Notes: generated by a model not told the origin, from the sequence alone. 64,000 nucleotides of DNA from Phaeosaccion multiseriatum (GCA_965112735.1 OZ218956.1:3596001-3660000), one strand, 5' to 3'. Positions 13,220 to 27,080 are shown, counted from the first letter of the stretch. Translations and numbers: made by a program.

Positions 13220-14338
13220 CCTAAGGGGGGGGTTGGGGGGGCTTCGCCCTCCTCCTCCTGATGCTGCTGGTGCTACGACTGCAGCGCAGGACTTGCTACC
13301 AAGCTACTATCGGATAAAACACGAATTCTCCAAAGTGGTTATCTCCCTCTATAAGCTGTTTGGTTTGTTGATATCGTTTGTTCGACACATCCGAGCCTCG
13401 CTCGCCGTCGTTGTGGGCCTGTGAGTCGTAAACGCCCAACGCGTGAAGTTAGACAGCCATCATTTTTATTTTCTTGCGGCTCACCCCCCCATTTTCCATT
13501 TTTCCCTACTCTACCTGGGGAGACGTCGCTGGTCTAAATTAAGTATTATCTATTACTAGGGAAGAAAATACAAAGTCGACTGCCTCCTCGCTCAAGGGGG
13601 ACAAGGCGCCCCAGCCAGCAAGACCAAGACCTGGTCGCGAGTCGCGAGCGGTGCCATTGGAGCACTTCAATGACTTGTCGGTGGCGTCGTGAGGCAAGTA
13701 AGTCCCTCCTCGCCTGCCTGGGGGGGTCCCACCCTGCTTCGCTGGCTTGAGACCGACGGGCAATGTCTTCGCTGGCTTGAGACGAAGCACTCAATCATTC
13801 ACTTCCCAACCCCCCCTGGGTGCAGGCTCGCGCATCCGCAATGCTCGGCACGACTCCCCCCACTGCGATGCGCTGACTGCCCACTCCTTGAAGAAATTGA
13901 AAGGAAGGGCTGGTCATGTCTTCTCATCTCAGTCGACGACGATGGGCAGCAGCGGCAGCAGCGGCAGCAGTAGCAGCACGCGATTCAGCGGCTGCGGCTT
14001 TGACTTTGGCTCGACGGGACATGGTTCTGCTGATCACGGTGGCAGCGGGGGTGGCGATCGCTGCAGCAGCAGGCGGGGCAAAAAGTTAGCGAAACACTTG
14101 TCCAGTTCGTGTTCAAAACAGTAGTCTCCGAAAATGCCATCCATGTAACAGGCCATGCCCTCGATCGTGTGCGTGGGCGGATATCGTTCAGTTCGGAGCA
14201 GATCACTCTACAATGCTTCGATGCATCCCACCATGTCGGAGCAAGTGTCGCCCTCCGACCCGTTCACAAGCTTTCCCGCATACCGTGTCGCTTCGGACAC
14301 TATAGATGCGGTGTTCTCGCTCAGCTGGCCTGCCCGGG

Positions 14339-14679
14339 CCCACTGCACATCAACATCTTCAAGCTTTAAACTCGCTTGTATGACAGAGTGAAAGTCCAGG
14401 CCTCCAGCTGTCCGAAAACGTCGCCCGTCTTCGCGCTCATCCAGCCACCCCCCCCCCCGCCCCTCTCAATTTTTCCATACTGCTCTTTTTTCAATCCACG
14501 AATGAGCCCCCACTGCACATCAACATCTTCAAGCTTTAAACTCGCTTGTATGACAGAGTGAAAGTCCAGGCCTCCAGCTGTCCGAAAACGTCGCCCGGCT
14601 TCGCGCTCATCCAGCCACCCCCCCCCCCGCCCCTCTCAATTTTTCCATACTGCTCTTTTTTCAATCCACGAATGAGCCC
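14339..14679. repeat. Near-perfect tandem duplication of ~170 bp
   Basis: cccactgcacatcaacatcttcaagc...cacgaatgagcccc occurs twice head-to-tail (~14339 and ~14509). Confidence 0.9.
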
Positions 14680-15413
14680 CAACACGCGCTCCACACCACA
14701 ACCCTCCAACTTTTGACGCGTCACTGTTGGAGACATGTCTGCCGTTTCGCTCCTAGCCGCAGCTGAAGCAGCCTCCTCCGCCTTGGCTAAACAGGTAGCG
14801 AAACGATTGTCCAGGTCGCTGTTATAGGAGTAGTCTCCAAAGATGCCCTTCATATCTCGGGCCACACTCTGATCGTATCCTTGGGCGAATATCGTTCCGT
14901 TCGGAGCATATCCGTCCACATCAGGTCGGCCTCTTCCACGATGTCGGGGCATGCCTCACCCAGTGACCCATTCACACGCTTTCCCGCATTTTCTGTTGCC
15001 GCTAGATGCGGTTCTTATGCTCAGCTCCAGAGCCAAGACCCACTGGGCCTCCACATCCTCGACTTACAGAATCGTGTCTATGACAGAGCCGAAGTCCAGA
15101 GCCTCGAGCTTTGTGACAGCGCGTCCAGTCTTCTCGCTCCTCCAATCGCGCTTCCACTCATTGTCATATTGTGCACTCAGCAGGACGGCGCTCCAGCTTA
15201 TTTTCATTTCCCCCCCTCCCCCTACACACACACACACACACACCCACACACACTTTCACACTTTCAGTTTCTTAGGTGATTCCTATTAAGTCAATAAAGT
15301 TTCCCCCGTCACCTAAGAAACTGAAAGTGTGTGTGTGTGTGTGTGTGTGGGTGTGTGTGTGTGTGTGTGTGTGTGTAGGTGTCGCTGTGTCTCCGGGGCC
15401 CTCGAGGGGCCGG

Positions 15414-16148
15414 TTACTCCCCCTCTAGGGCGGGGAGGGGGAGTGCGGGACCGGCTCCGCGGTTGAGCCGACCCAGGAAGGCGCGCTCCCGCTCCGAGAG
15501 CCACATCTGGTGGCTGCAGCTGACGAGGCGGCGAAGTCTTGTCAGGACGTGGCCCTTGGTGGTGGAGGAGCCAGTGCGGCCTGTGCGGGAGACCACGTGC
15601 TCGGCGAGTGCGTGCAGGAGCGATTGCGCCTGTGCGCCGAGTCGGCCGTGGGTCTCGATGGCGAAGGTGGAGAGGCGAACACGCTCTCGGTCGTAGGTGC
15701 CCCTGTAGTGTCGCTCCTTGCGGGTCTCGCTGTTGGCGGCTGCCGCTCCCGGTCTAAGGTCCGTGCGGAGCACATTCAAGGCCGTCCTGCAGAGGTTGTT
15801 ACTCAGGGTTAGGTCAAGCATATGCGCCGGGTGGGCAAAGGTTGGGTCGCGGGCTCCGGAGAGGGCGCCTCGGGGGAGGGTGGCGTCCATGCGGAAGGTC
15901 CGGGCGATGTTGTGCGGGGGGTTGAAGAACTCCGAGCTCTCGTGGCCGACGCGGGAAACGTAGTTCTGCGTGAACATGTCCTCGACGGAGGAGAGCATCC
16001 CGGTGTGGTAGAGGGTGCTCTGGTTGGGGCACTGGATGGCGTGAGAGGAGTCGGCGCGTGTGTTGCAGCGGGTGCAGACTAGTGCGTCGGGTTCTCCAGG
16101 GCTGTAGAGGCAGTTGATGCCGAGGGAGCGGCGTAGGGCCCCTACCAT
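15414..16148 (-). mobile_element. 3' fragment of an RLE-type non-LTR retrotransposon (CCHC finger plus restriction-like endonuclease), 5'-truncated
   Basis: CTRC...HAIQC zinc knuckle, RMD...LDLT, AAA..E.RKERHY and FAIETHGRLG motifs typical of CRE/R2-like RLE C-termini. No RT domain is present. Confidence 0.8.
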
Positions 16149-16317
16149 GTCCTACGCCGCTCCCTCGGCATCAACTGCCTCTACAGCCCTGGAGAACCCG
16201 GCGCACTAGTCTGCACCCGCTGCAACACACGCGCCGACTCCTCTCACGCCATCCAGTGCCCCAACCAGAGCACCCTCTACCACACCGGGATGCTCTCCTC
16301 CGTCGAGGACATGTTCA
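15971..16317. repeat. Fold-back inverted duplication, arms ~167 bp
   Basis: 16151-16317 is the near-exact reverse complement of 15971-16138. Confidence 0.92.
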
Positions 16318-16609
16318 TGGTCACGTGGCAGGAGAATCTACAATCACAGCATCAGCAGTTGGTGATCCAAAACAAAAAAAACACCAACTGTCGGCTAATC
16401 GCTGTTCTCTCAGCAGTAAAGGCCTTGCCGTGCAAGAGAGCAGCAAGGAACAGGAGCAGAGGACCAGGAGACGCAAGACGTGTATAATAATTAGGTGCTG
16501 CAGCAGCAGCAGAAGCAGCAGAGGCAGAAGCAGCTGCTATCCCTCTGCCCGAAGTGGCGTGCACAGAGCTAGAATTTAGATAATTTAGAAGGGGAGGGCG
16601 GACTCCGCG

Positions 16610-17917
16610 ATGGCGGCGCGGGGTCGGGCGAGGACTCCTCCCTTGTCCGACGAATCGACCCCAACGCGAGGCTTGAGCAGGAGTCCCCCATCTAGAGGGC
16701 TCGGCAGGAGCCCGGGTGGCCGGGCGTTCCCGGTGAACAACGAGTCACCATCGCCGAGCAGGGCGGCAGCAGGGCCATCGATACGAGCAGTAGGAGGGGG
16801 TGGGGGGGGGAGACTAAGAGGAGGGCGTGGAACTTCTGCTTTGGCAGCTGAAGGAGCGGGGAAGAGGGGAGCGCCGGGGCTGAAGCGAAGTCGCCCAGGA
16901 TCGGTCAGAGTCCAGGGTGCGCCACGGCTCAGCCGGGGGGGGCGAGGGCAAGGCTTCGAAGGCGCAAGGCATAGGAGCAATCAAAATGGGTCGCAGCAGG
17001 GGGCTAGACGGAAGCTGAGACCAGCAGAGCAAGAGGCAAGGAGGCAGCGGGAGCTGAGAGACGTCGAGCAGCGATATCAGGCCTTGCTCTCCCATGCGAT
17101 GGAAATGGAAGACGGGCTTCAATTCAATGAAGACCTCACGCCTCTCGACTGGGCAGCGGCATACGACGCCGCCGCCGAAGCAATGGAGATGAAGGTGGAG
17201 CTGGTGCAGGCTGCGCAGGAAAAGAAAGACGTCGCGGCGGAGGCACAGGGCATCCGTGTGTATGCTGAAGAGCTGCGAGCCGACTACCGGGCCAAACAGC
17301 TCCGGCCTCCGCGGAGGTCCGCGCTCGCTCAGGTGGGAGATATGCTGCGTGGTCGGCGGGACAAGAGAAAGGCGGGGGAGGACACGAGAAGGGGGCAAAC
17401 GGCTCCGTCCGGAGGCTTCATGTCTCCGGATCAGAGCAGCAGCGAAGGGGAGGAGGAGGAGGAGGAGGAGGAGGAGGAGGAGGAGGTGGAGGAGGACTCC
17501 TACGGCGAGGAAGAGGAGGAGGACGATGAAGACCCTGTCACTCGTACGGATGATTACGCAGATGTAGACGACAGCAGCCATGTTGGAGCCCACCGCCGCG
17601 CCGGAGCCAGAGAGGAACCGCCTTCCCGTCGGGCGTGGAGCGAGCGCAACAAGAGGGCGGCACGGGCAGGGGCAGCAGTTGGTGATACAAGGGCAAGGGC
17701 AGGGGCAGGAGTTGGTGATACAGGGGCAAAGGCAGGGGCAGGGGCTAGCAGCAAGTCGCCGGGGCAGAGGGAGAGGCGCTACCAGCCCGTTACGACGTCC
17801 TCTCCACCCACTAGCCCGGCCGTCGCCGGAGAGCCTTCTCCTCCCCCTTCCTACAGGGCCGCCGTGGAATCAACCCCGCACAAGGCGACGTGGGAGGCCT
17901 TGGTTGAGGAGCGCAGG

Positions 17918-17953
<36 letters not shown>

Positions 17954-18919
17954 GAGCAGCAGCAACAGCAGGAGCAGCAGCAGCAGCTTGGCTCAGTGGC
18001 AGCAGGAGCAGCACTGGATGCGCGCAGCCCCCCACCTCTCCCGCCCGCCCGCCACCGCGGCCCGGCTGCCTCCTCCCACTCGCTGTCGCCCCCTCCCCGA
18101 GCCCTGCTCTCGGACCACGGGAGGGGCAGACCCACTCCGATGGACACTCCCTTCAGGCGCGAGTCGTCGCTGCTGTCCCCTCCCGCCCGTCCCGGGATCA
18201 ACAGCAGTCCCAACAGCAGCAGTACCGCCGGCGCCGCTGCTGCTGCTGCTCCCTGTTCGTCCTCCGCTACGAAGCGGAACGTTGTGGTGCAACAGAGGAC
18301 CCCCCCAAGTTCCCATCGGAGGATGGTATCGGAACCGCCTCCCGTCGCATCATACTCCACGCCTCGACGGGGCTCTACGCAGTACACACCCACGCACAAC
18401 CGAGCGGTTTCCGTGTCGGCCTTCCGACAAGGCAGCGGCGGCTCACCCCCGCCCCTCCCACCGTCACGAGCAGCGACAGCCTCACCCCCTGGGGGCGGTT
18501 CCCGGGGGGCGAGGAGGTCAAGGCCAAGCCCGTATGACTTGGATGATGAAGATGACGACTTCCATCAGGAGCAGCGGGAGCGAGTAGCAAGGGCAAGGAG
18601 GTTTCGCGACGGCCTCCCCACAGTTCCCCGAGGGGGTGCGTTGACCAACGGCCCTGCGGGTAAGAGCGTGTGCGGGGGCTGCGGGGCGGTGAACGATCGC
18701 AAGATCGGCTCCATCTATGACTTGTGCATCTCCCCGCCCAACACGGGTTACCCCGCCTACCTGCGCTGGCTCGGCTGGACCCTGCTCCTCACTCAGGTAC
18801 GAACAGTCAAGTGTCGAGCGGGGAATTTGTTTTTGGGTGTTTGTTTACGCCGGGTAGGGCGGCCTTGAGCTGCCGTCCCGACTTGTTCTATTCGTGTGTG
18901 TGTGTGTGTGTGTGGGTGT

Positions 18920-18954
<35 letters not shown>

Positions 18955-21033
18955 TCTGTGTGCGTGTGTGTGTGTGTGTGTGAGTGTGTATGTGTGAGAG
19001 TGTGTCTGTCTGTGTGTGTGCCTGCACCTCCCGCTAAGTGTGGACGGAAGGTCATACGTGCACTCTTTCGCTGCTTCGGGGGGCGTGTCAATCGGCGGGG
19101 GCCTCCCCCCCCTCCCTTCCCTTCCCTTCGCGTGCAGCGCCTCCGATGTGGTTCCCTCTCTGGCCTACCCGCTATCCTATCCTCTTTCTCGTCTTGCTCG
19201 TTTCGGCTGGAGATCTGACCAGCAGCTACCCTCTCTCTCTCCTTGCTCGTCCTCCTCTCTGACCCCGTAGCTGCCCCGTGATCGACCCCTCACAAGCCTC
19301 CACCTGCCTACCCCTTCGATCCATTGGCCTCCCCCCTCGGACGCTCTTTCCCCCTCCCCCTCTCCCTCTCTGTCTGGCTCCCTCTCTCTCTCTCTCTCTC
19401 TCTGTCTCCCTCCCTCCCCCCCTCCTTCTCTGCCCCCCCCCCCCCTTTTCAACTCTCCCTGCAGGTGCTTGTGCTGTCGGCCTACCTCGTGGAGGTGTCC
19501 CACACGTGTGTGCCTACCTCGGAAACCTTCTCTCCGACGGTGCATTGGGGCATCCCCCTCTGCTGGTACGTACGTGATGGGCATGGGAGGGACGCTTCGT
19601 TTGAAGCTTGCAGATGTGGACGCGAGAGAGGGAGAGAAGTGGGGTATGGGGGTGGGGACGGCGAAAGAGGCCGAAGAGAGAGAGAGAGAGAGAGAGAGAA
19701 GGCTCAGAACGTGTTGGCGCTGCCTCTTTCTTCCTTTGCGACGAGAAGGGAGAGTGGGGAGGGGGCGGGCGGGCGGGAGGGAGGGAGGGAGGGAGGGAGG
19801 GAGGGAGGGAGGGAATGCCTTCGACAAGGTGGGCATAGCCGGGTGCCCCGCTCCTCTTCCTCGCTGCTCTTCACCTGCTCCTCTTCCTCGCTGCTCTTCA
19901 CCTGCTCCTCTTCCTCGCTGCTCTTCACCTGCTCCTCTTCCTCGCTGCTGTTCTCCTGCTCCTCTTCGTCTTGCTTGCCGCTTCCCCCCCTCAATTACGG
20001 CATGCTCACCCCGTGATGGATGCATCGTGATGAGTGTGCCTGTTCCGTGTGCCCGCCTCGTTCATTCCCTGTCTCACCTCTCACCACACTCTCCCCTCTC
20101 CCTTCTCCCGTCCTGCCCGTGTTGCGCATCTTGCCCTGTACTTGTACTTGTACTTGCATCACCACCACCATCACCACCACCATTCATCTTGCCCTGTACT
20201 TGCATCACCACCACCATCACCACCACCATTTTTCACCGTCCCAACCCCCCTTCTTCGCCCGTCTCTCTCTGTGTGTCTCTATCTTGTCGATCTCTCTTCA
20301 CAACCATCAACCACACCAGCGTGTACGCAGCTGCGGACAGTCTGAAGGAGATCTTCCGATACCTTCCCATCATTGTCTACTACCGCGAGGATCGCCGCGT
20401 CACCAACCAGGCATGCGTCATGGCGTCCCTGGTCATCATCCTTGCCGTGTATCAGATGCTTGCCATCGGCCTCATCATGAGTCAAACCAAGGAGATTATC
20501 ACCCTCATCTCTGACTTTGTCGGCGTGACCATTGTCACCAAGTCAGACGAACTCATAGCGGAGATCTTGGACATGCCAGATCGAAACTTTGGCTTCCTCA
20601 AGAGCCTCCGGTATGCCTCTAAGATTAAGGAGAGTCGGGCCACGGGGCAGGCCAGGCTGGAGCAGGAGGAGGCGAGGAAGCTCGCGGAGATGGAGGGGCG
20701 GCGGGCGAGTCACATCGGAGTTGTCGGGTTAGGGTTAGGGTTAGGAGGACCTGCAGGAGGAGGGGGAGGAGGGGGGGTAGCGGGTCTCGCTTTCAGCCCA
20801 GGCAAGTGCACTGGGACGCAGAGCGAAACAGAGGGTCCGCGTCACACACCCCCCACGAGGTGAAGCACCAACTGCAGAGGGCCGGAAACAACCTGGCCAT
20901 GCGCATCATCAAGAGCCACACTGACCCCCAGTTCCGCATCTACTGGATCGGGGTCAGCGCCTTCTTCATCTGGCTGGTCACGTGGACGGGCCGAGAGACG
21001 CGCTACTTTTGCACTCACTACGTCGAGGAATGA
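16610..21033 (+). CDS. Uncharacterised multi-exon membrane protein with long disordered N-terminus
   Basis: 752-aa ORF with donor after WTLLLTQ (~18796). Further exons at ~19465-19565, ~20290-20800 and ~20860-21033 contain several hydrophobic helices. Confidence 0.6.
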
Positions 21034-21740
21034 AGAGAAGCCAAGTCAAGTCAAGTCAAGTGACTGAAGGGTGGCTGTGTGGTTGTGCGTGCGTCTTGCG
21101 GAGTGGAGGACAGGCTGCGCTCTCGTATGTCTCACGCCCTCTCTCTGTCACGGCGCTCCTATCTTGGTGCGTGCGTGCGTGCGTGCGCGCGTGCCGAAGA
21201 GAGCGGCGTTGGCCTCATCGTGGGCAAGCAGGAGTGCCACACAGAAACCTTGGTTTCTTTTGTCAAACACCACATGTGTATCCATCGTCTGTCATTACTC
21301 AATTCCTGCTTGGTTTGGTGTCTAGTTCTCTCATTCATTCAGTCATTCCGTCAGACGGATGTCTTCCAGGCAGGGGGAAAAAACAGCAGGGCGGCGGGGC
21401 AGCCCATCCTCCAAACCTAACCCGGCCACGCATCCAGCCACTATGCGAAAAGTAAATGGCAGTCATGTTTGCCTCCTCCTGTGGTGGGGATGGGACCTTC
21501 CCCTCCCCTTCACGGAGCGCGCCTCCCGCCCAGTTTCCTCTGCAGTACTATGGAGTTACCTCCGCCTCTCCTTCCCTCCCGGTTGGACCCTTGGGAAGGA
21601 AAGACACCCCCCCCCCTCCAATTCAACCCCACTAATGGCATGCCTTGGGCTGCCATCTCCTAATATCCTACTCCTGCCTTGTGATATTGCCTTGCCTAAG
21701 GCTGCTTATCTCTCTCTGTGCCCATAATCCTACTCCTGCC

Positions 21741-22988
21741 TTATGAGATTTGTCCGCAGTCGGTGATGACGACGGGCTTGGAGGTGCTGCCAGACTGCGA
21801 CCCGACCTTCTCAATGGCCTGCACCACGTCCAGGCCCGCAGTCACGGAGCCGAACACGACGTGCTTGCCGTCCAGCCAAGCGGTCTCAGCCGTGCACAGG
21901 AAGAACTGCGAGCCGTTGGTGTTGGGGCCGGCGTTGGCCATGGAAAGAATGCCTGCTCCGGTGTGCTTGAGCTCGAAGTTCTCGTCCTGGAACTTCTCTC
22001 CATAGATGGACTCTCCGCCGGTACCGTTGCCGCGGGTGAAGTCGCCGCCCTGGCACATGAAGCCGGGGATGACTCGGTGGAAAGAGGAGCCTGGGGGAGG
22101 GGCGAGAGGGATGTAGCGGGACGTACGTAACTGTATGTAAGTATTGGCGGAGACTTGAGAGATTCAGACATCGCCAGCAAGTAACAGGGCAGGTCAAGCA
22201 TGCGCCAGCGGACAGACAAAACGCTCTAGCACGAGTCACACGCGGCAGGTAAAGCCCTGGAGGAACGATCTCTTCCGGTCAAATCCTCCGCTTGTTCCGT
22301 GGACTTACCCTTGAAGTGGAGGGGCTTGCCGGACTTTCCATTGCCCCTCTCGCCGGTGCAAAGTGCGCGGAAGTTCTCGGCAGTGCGGGGAACCTTGTCG
22401 GCGCGGAGCTGCGGCGGCGGAGCGGGGGCAGCCAGAAGAGCAAGGGAGCGAAGTCGGGGGTCAGATAACGAGCGAAGACGGGTGCAGATGGAAGCACTGC
22501 AACGGCCCGTCAAAGGCAAGCAGCACCACCAGCGATGAAAGACATGGACGCAATGCGGAGAAAAAGTCAAAGGAGCGAGGAGAAGAAGAGGAGGGAACGA
22601 CACGCTGTCATTCCACCCGAGCCATGTGGATGCGGATCCGGATCTTTCCACTCACCGTCATCTCCACACGCCCAGCGGGAGAACCGCCGATGGACTGCGT
22701 GAATGAGTGAGTGGAAAAGGGAAGGAGGCAGTGAGTGAGTGAGTGAGTGAGTGAGAGAGTGAGATCGGACCCCCTAAAGACCTTTACGCTCACAGAGCAA
22801 CCATCTTCGCCAAAAGATAGAATCGGGTGCAACCCTGACCTGAGGTGGAAAGAGCAAAAAAGCGGAGGCACTCTTACCATATCGAAGAACACAACAGGGT
22901 TGGTCATGGTTGAGAGGGAGGAGAGAAGGATACGCTGGGGGGAGGCAGTCCGCAAGGTGGTAGATAAACGGGAGGCGACACTGAACAT
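21741..22988 (-). CDS. Cyclophilin-type peptidyl-prolyl isomerase with N-terminal presequence, 4 exons
   Basis: [10 protein letters not shown]|[12 protein letters not shown]|[20 protein letters not shown]|..[53 protein letters not shown]. Confidence 0.97.
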
Positions 22989-23170
22989 TGGCGTGGTTGA
23001 GCCAACGGTGAGAGTGAAGGCAACTCCCCCCCTGGGTTTTCCCTCCTATCCACCCACCCCAGCCAGGAAGCCCTCAAAATCGAGGCCGGCTTTCCTTGCC
23101 TTAGGAAATTGCGCCAAATCGATTCAAATCAAATTCCTGCCCAACCCGCCCCTGCCTGCTCGAGCACAGC

Positions 23171-25515
23171 ATGCGGCTGCTTCTTCAGGCTAGAGCCACG
23201 GCAGCGGCGACCGGCGCCTTCTGCCCGGGAGCTTCACCCCCGACGATGAGCCTGGTGGGCGGCCTTGCCCGCCGAATAGGAGGAGGAGCTGCAGCAAAAG
23301 GAGGTGCTGCTACTGCGCTTGCCTCCCTTCCCGCGTCTTCGCTGGCTGTAGGTGCCACCCTCGCTGGTGTAGTTCTCCTCTCTCAGCGGGCAGAGGAGGA
23401 CACGAAAATTGGTGAGGAGTCCGCATAGTAGAGTGGGCGCTCCTGGGGGAGAAGAAGAAAATTTAACTTTCTCTTTCTTTCGTATGCTTTCCCGTAGGGT
23501 CGGCGGTAGGCTCGCCGCTGCTTTCCTTCTCGGCGCTCTGTGCCCTGAGCAACGCGCGGCTTGTTCCCGCCAGACACGGTGAGATGGAGAGCACGAGCCT
23601 GACTGAGTATTTTGTGTGACTGGGTGGGCTGGCTGGCTGTAGTACAAATGAAAGGAAGGATCTCGCTCTGTCGAGCCACAAACGAGCAAGAGAAGATGAA
23701 GGACAATCGGTGAAGTGCGACGGCTGCTGCGGACGTCTGGCTGCTTTATGCATCTATCTACCCTTCCCCTTCCACACACAGAGGACAGAGGAAGAAGCTG
23801 GCCTTACATCTTGGCGACGATTCGGTGGTGCACAGATCGTGGAACTAACCTCTCTATCCCTGCACACAACATTTATTTGCACTCATTTGCACTCACCCCC
23901 CCCTCCCCCCAGCCCTGTATGACTTGTGCTGGACGGTGGTGCTGCCCCTGTCCCTCGCTGTCATCGTATTGGGCAGCCCCGTCATCAAGGCGCTGCAGCA
24001 GACCATGGAGCAGGCCAACAGGGGGGGGGTGGGGGCAGAGGGGGGGCAAGGAGGTGTGTCGGCCGTGGACGACATGAAGGTAAGAAGGACTTTCGTAAGG
24101 CCATGGAAGCTTACTTGACGGTGCTGATGCCTTGCTTGTGGAGGTTGGAGTAGCCCCTAGTGGATACGGGGCGTATGAGGCGGGCGGAGCGGGCGGGGGG
24201 GAAACGGCATCATGTACAGTATGTGTGTACTAGCCCTGCTGCGAAACAAATGCCCCTGGCGGAGGCTCAAACGGCCACACGGCCACACCGCCTGCCTGCT
24301 ACTCGGTTGCCCGCCTCTCACGCATCCAACCGATCCAACCAAGCAACCGGTCGGTCGGTCGGTCGTGTGTGTATGTGTGCGAGAGCGAGAGAGAGAGGGG
24401 GGGCAGAGAGAGAGAAAAGAGAGAGAGAGAGAAGAGAGAGAAAAGAGAGAGAAGGAGAGAGAAAGAGAGAGGGACACACACACAGAGAGAGAGAGAGCTA
24501 AGCTGCCTATCCGTGCCCCCCCCCCCTCCCCCCTGCACACACGCAGAGGGCCTGCAGGGCCGTGGGGCTGACCTTCGGGGTGGGGGCCTTGGGGTCTCTC
24601 CTCGGCGTCGCGCTTGCCTTCTACCTGGCCACTTCATGTGCGCCAAGGGGCCGTGGAGGAGCGCTATCCTGGCTATCCATGAGCAGGGGGCGCGGAGGAC
24701 GACAGGCGCTTTCCTGGCTAGCCATTAGCCCTCCCCTGGCTGCCAAGGTGCGTGGTGTGGGGTTGTTGTAAGAGAGCGAGAAAGAGGGAGACGAACATGC
24801 GGGCTCCTCGCAGTAAGTCATCTTATCGCTCTGCCCTCCCCCCTCAGGTCGCCGGTTGCCTGGCGGCGACTTACGTGGGAGGCGCTGTGAACTTCTTCAC
24901 CGTAGCGGCTGCCGTGGGCCTTGATCAGGGCGGGGTGGGGGTGCTCGGAGCGATGGCAGCCGCTGATATACTCCTCACGGCGGTGTATCTGGCGGGAGTG
25001 ACCGCAGCCATCCGGATACCCGCCCTGCAGCGCTTTGTTGGAGGAGGAAGAGGAGCAGGAAGAGAAAGAGTGGTGGGAGTTGAAGTGAACCGGAATACAA
25101 TCATAAATACGGCAAGTGGCACGACTGGTGGTGGTGGTGGTGGTGGTGGTGGTGGTGGTGGTGGTGGAGGAGGAGGAGGAGGATGGGGAGGAGGAGGAAG
25201 AGTGGTGACAGCGCATGCGAACCCAAATACAATCGTAAGGCAGGCAAGTGGAAGCGCGAACCCAAATTCAATCGTAAGCCAGGCAAGTGGAAGCGCGAAC
25301 CCAAATACAATCATAAGGCAGGCAAGTGGAAGCGGGAGTGGCACGAGTAGGGGAGCAGCAAGAGCAGCCAGAGGAAGAGAAATTGTATTACAGAGAGGAA
25401 TTGTGGTGGGAGTGGAGGTGAACCCAAATACACTCGTAGGGACTGGCCCGAGTGGTAGCAGCGTCAGTGGCTTTGGCAAAGGCGGCAGTAGCAGCATCAT
25501 CAGGGCCAGAGGCAG

Positions 25516-25551
<36 letters not shown>

Positions 25552-26629
25552 TGGCAGCAGCAGTGGCAACATCCTCCCTCCGCACATCAGAGCTACACAG
25601 GGGTCTGCAGTGGGGCTTCCTTCACGACGCTCCAGTAGCAGCAACAACATCATTCCGCCGAACATCAGGGCTACACAGGGGCCTCCAGTGGGGCTTCCTT
25701 CACGAGAGCGTCCCCCGCGGTGGGCACTTCGGCAGTTACGTCGCTGGGGGCTTTGGTTACGTCATCGCGGACGGGGGGTGCTGTATTGCTCAGGGCTGGG
25801 GCTGTGTACGGTGATGTTCGGACGGGCTGTGGAGAGGGCCCTCCCTTTCATCCCGGGGCTGTCCTCCCTCGCCATCACGGCCGCAGCTGCTGTAGCAGGG
25901 ATGGCGCTGTGTCGCTTCACGCCCGGGGTGCATCAGCAGGCCATGGACACGGCTCCGGCCTTGGCAGGTAAGGGGAGGGTTGGGGCTACAGACAGCCCTG
26001 CCAGGTGCACCCACTCACCCACCACACACACACACACACGCACACACACACACACGCGCGCACACACACACAACACAAACACAAACACACAACACACAAA
26101 CCACTTCTGTTTGTTTCGTAATCCGTCCCCAACCAACCATTCCCCAATTCAACTGTCAAATCGTCCTCTCCCCCAACTCAACTCCAACACATGTGCAATG
26201 CAATGCATACATACATACATACATACATACATACATGCATACATGCATACATACATACATACATACATGCATACATACATACATACATACATACATACAT
26301 ACATACATACATACATACATACATACATACATACATACATACATACATACATACAAACATACAGGCTTCCTGCTCAACTTCTTCTTCGCCGCCGTCGGAG
26401 CCACCGGGCGTTTCTCAGAGGTGATGGCGGCAGGACCTGCGCTCTTCGCCTTCATGGCCATCGCCCTCGCTGTGCACATGCTCACTCTTCTGGGAGGGGT
26501 CCGCCTGCTCAATCGCCTTGGTGGCGTGGGTTGGCTCGGTGGGCGTGGCGGTGAGAAGGGGGGAGGGGAGACACTATCGCTGGCGGAGACCCTCGTGGGG
26601 AGTAACGCCAACATCGGTGGGGCCAGCAC

Positions 26630-26675
<46 letters not shown>

Positions 26676-27080
26676 GAAGAGAGGGGAAGGAAAGGGAGAC
26701 AGAGAGGGAGGGAGGGAGGGAGGGCGAGATATACCTCCGCACGTACAGAGATGGAGAGAGAGGGGACGAGGGAGAGAAGGGCTGCTCTACGAACGCTTAT
26801 CTCTCCTCGAGCTGCGCTTCGAGTCTGTGTGGTCATTTCGTCTCTTCTCGTCCCTCCCGCCAAATAAACAGGCCTTCTCGCCCCTCACTCCCCCTCCCCC
26901 CTCCCCTTCCCCTGCCATCCACTTCCATCCTCCTGTCCTACAGCGGCCAACTACGCCGGCCTCATCGGCGAGCAGCGCCTTGTGGTTCCTGGGGCCCTGT
27001 GGGGCACAGTGGGGTACGCGGGGGCGAGTATGCTGGGGGTGGCGGTTACGGCGGTGCTCAAGGCCTCTATCCGTCGATGA
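23171..27080 (+). CDS. DUF819-family membrane protein, multi-exon
   Basis: Motifs ATYVGGAVNF, FFAAVGA, LVGSNANIGGAST|AA and VPGALWGTVGYA. GT-AG introns contain CA/CATA repeats. Confidence 0.82.
26205..26360. repeat. (CATA)n microsatellite inside a DUF819 intron
   Basis: Directly visible tetranucleotide array. Confidence 0.95.

Noticed and set aside
19850-19965. 27-bp tandem repeat as a guide array
   Set aside because: No unique spacers; it is an intronic pyrimidine-rich minisatellite.
20728-20745. (TTAGGG)n telomere-like run
   Set aside because: Only about 3 units, lying in frame as GLGLGL within a coding exon.
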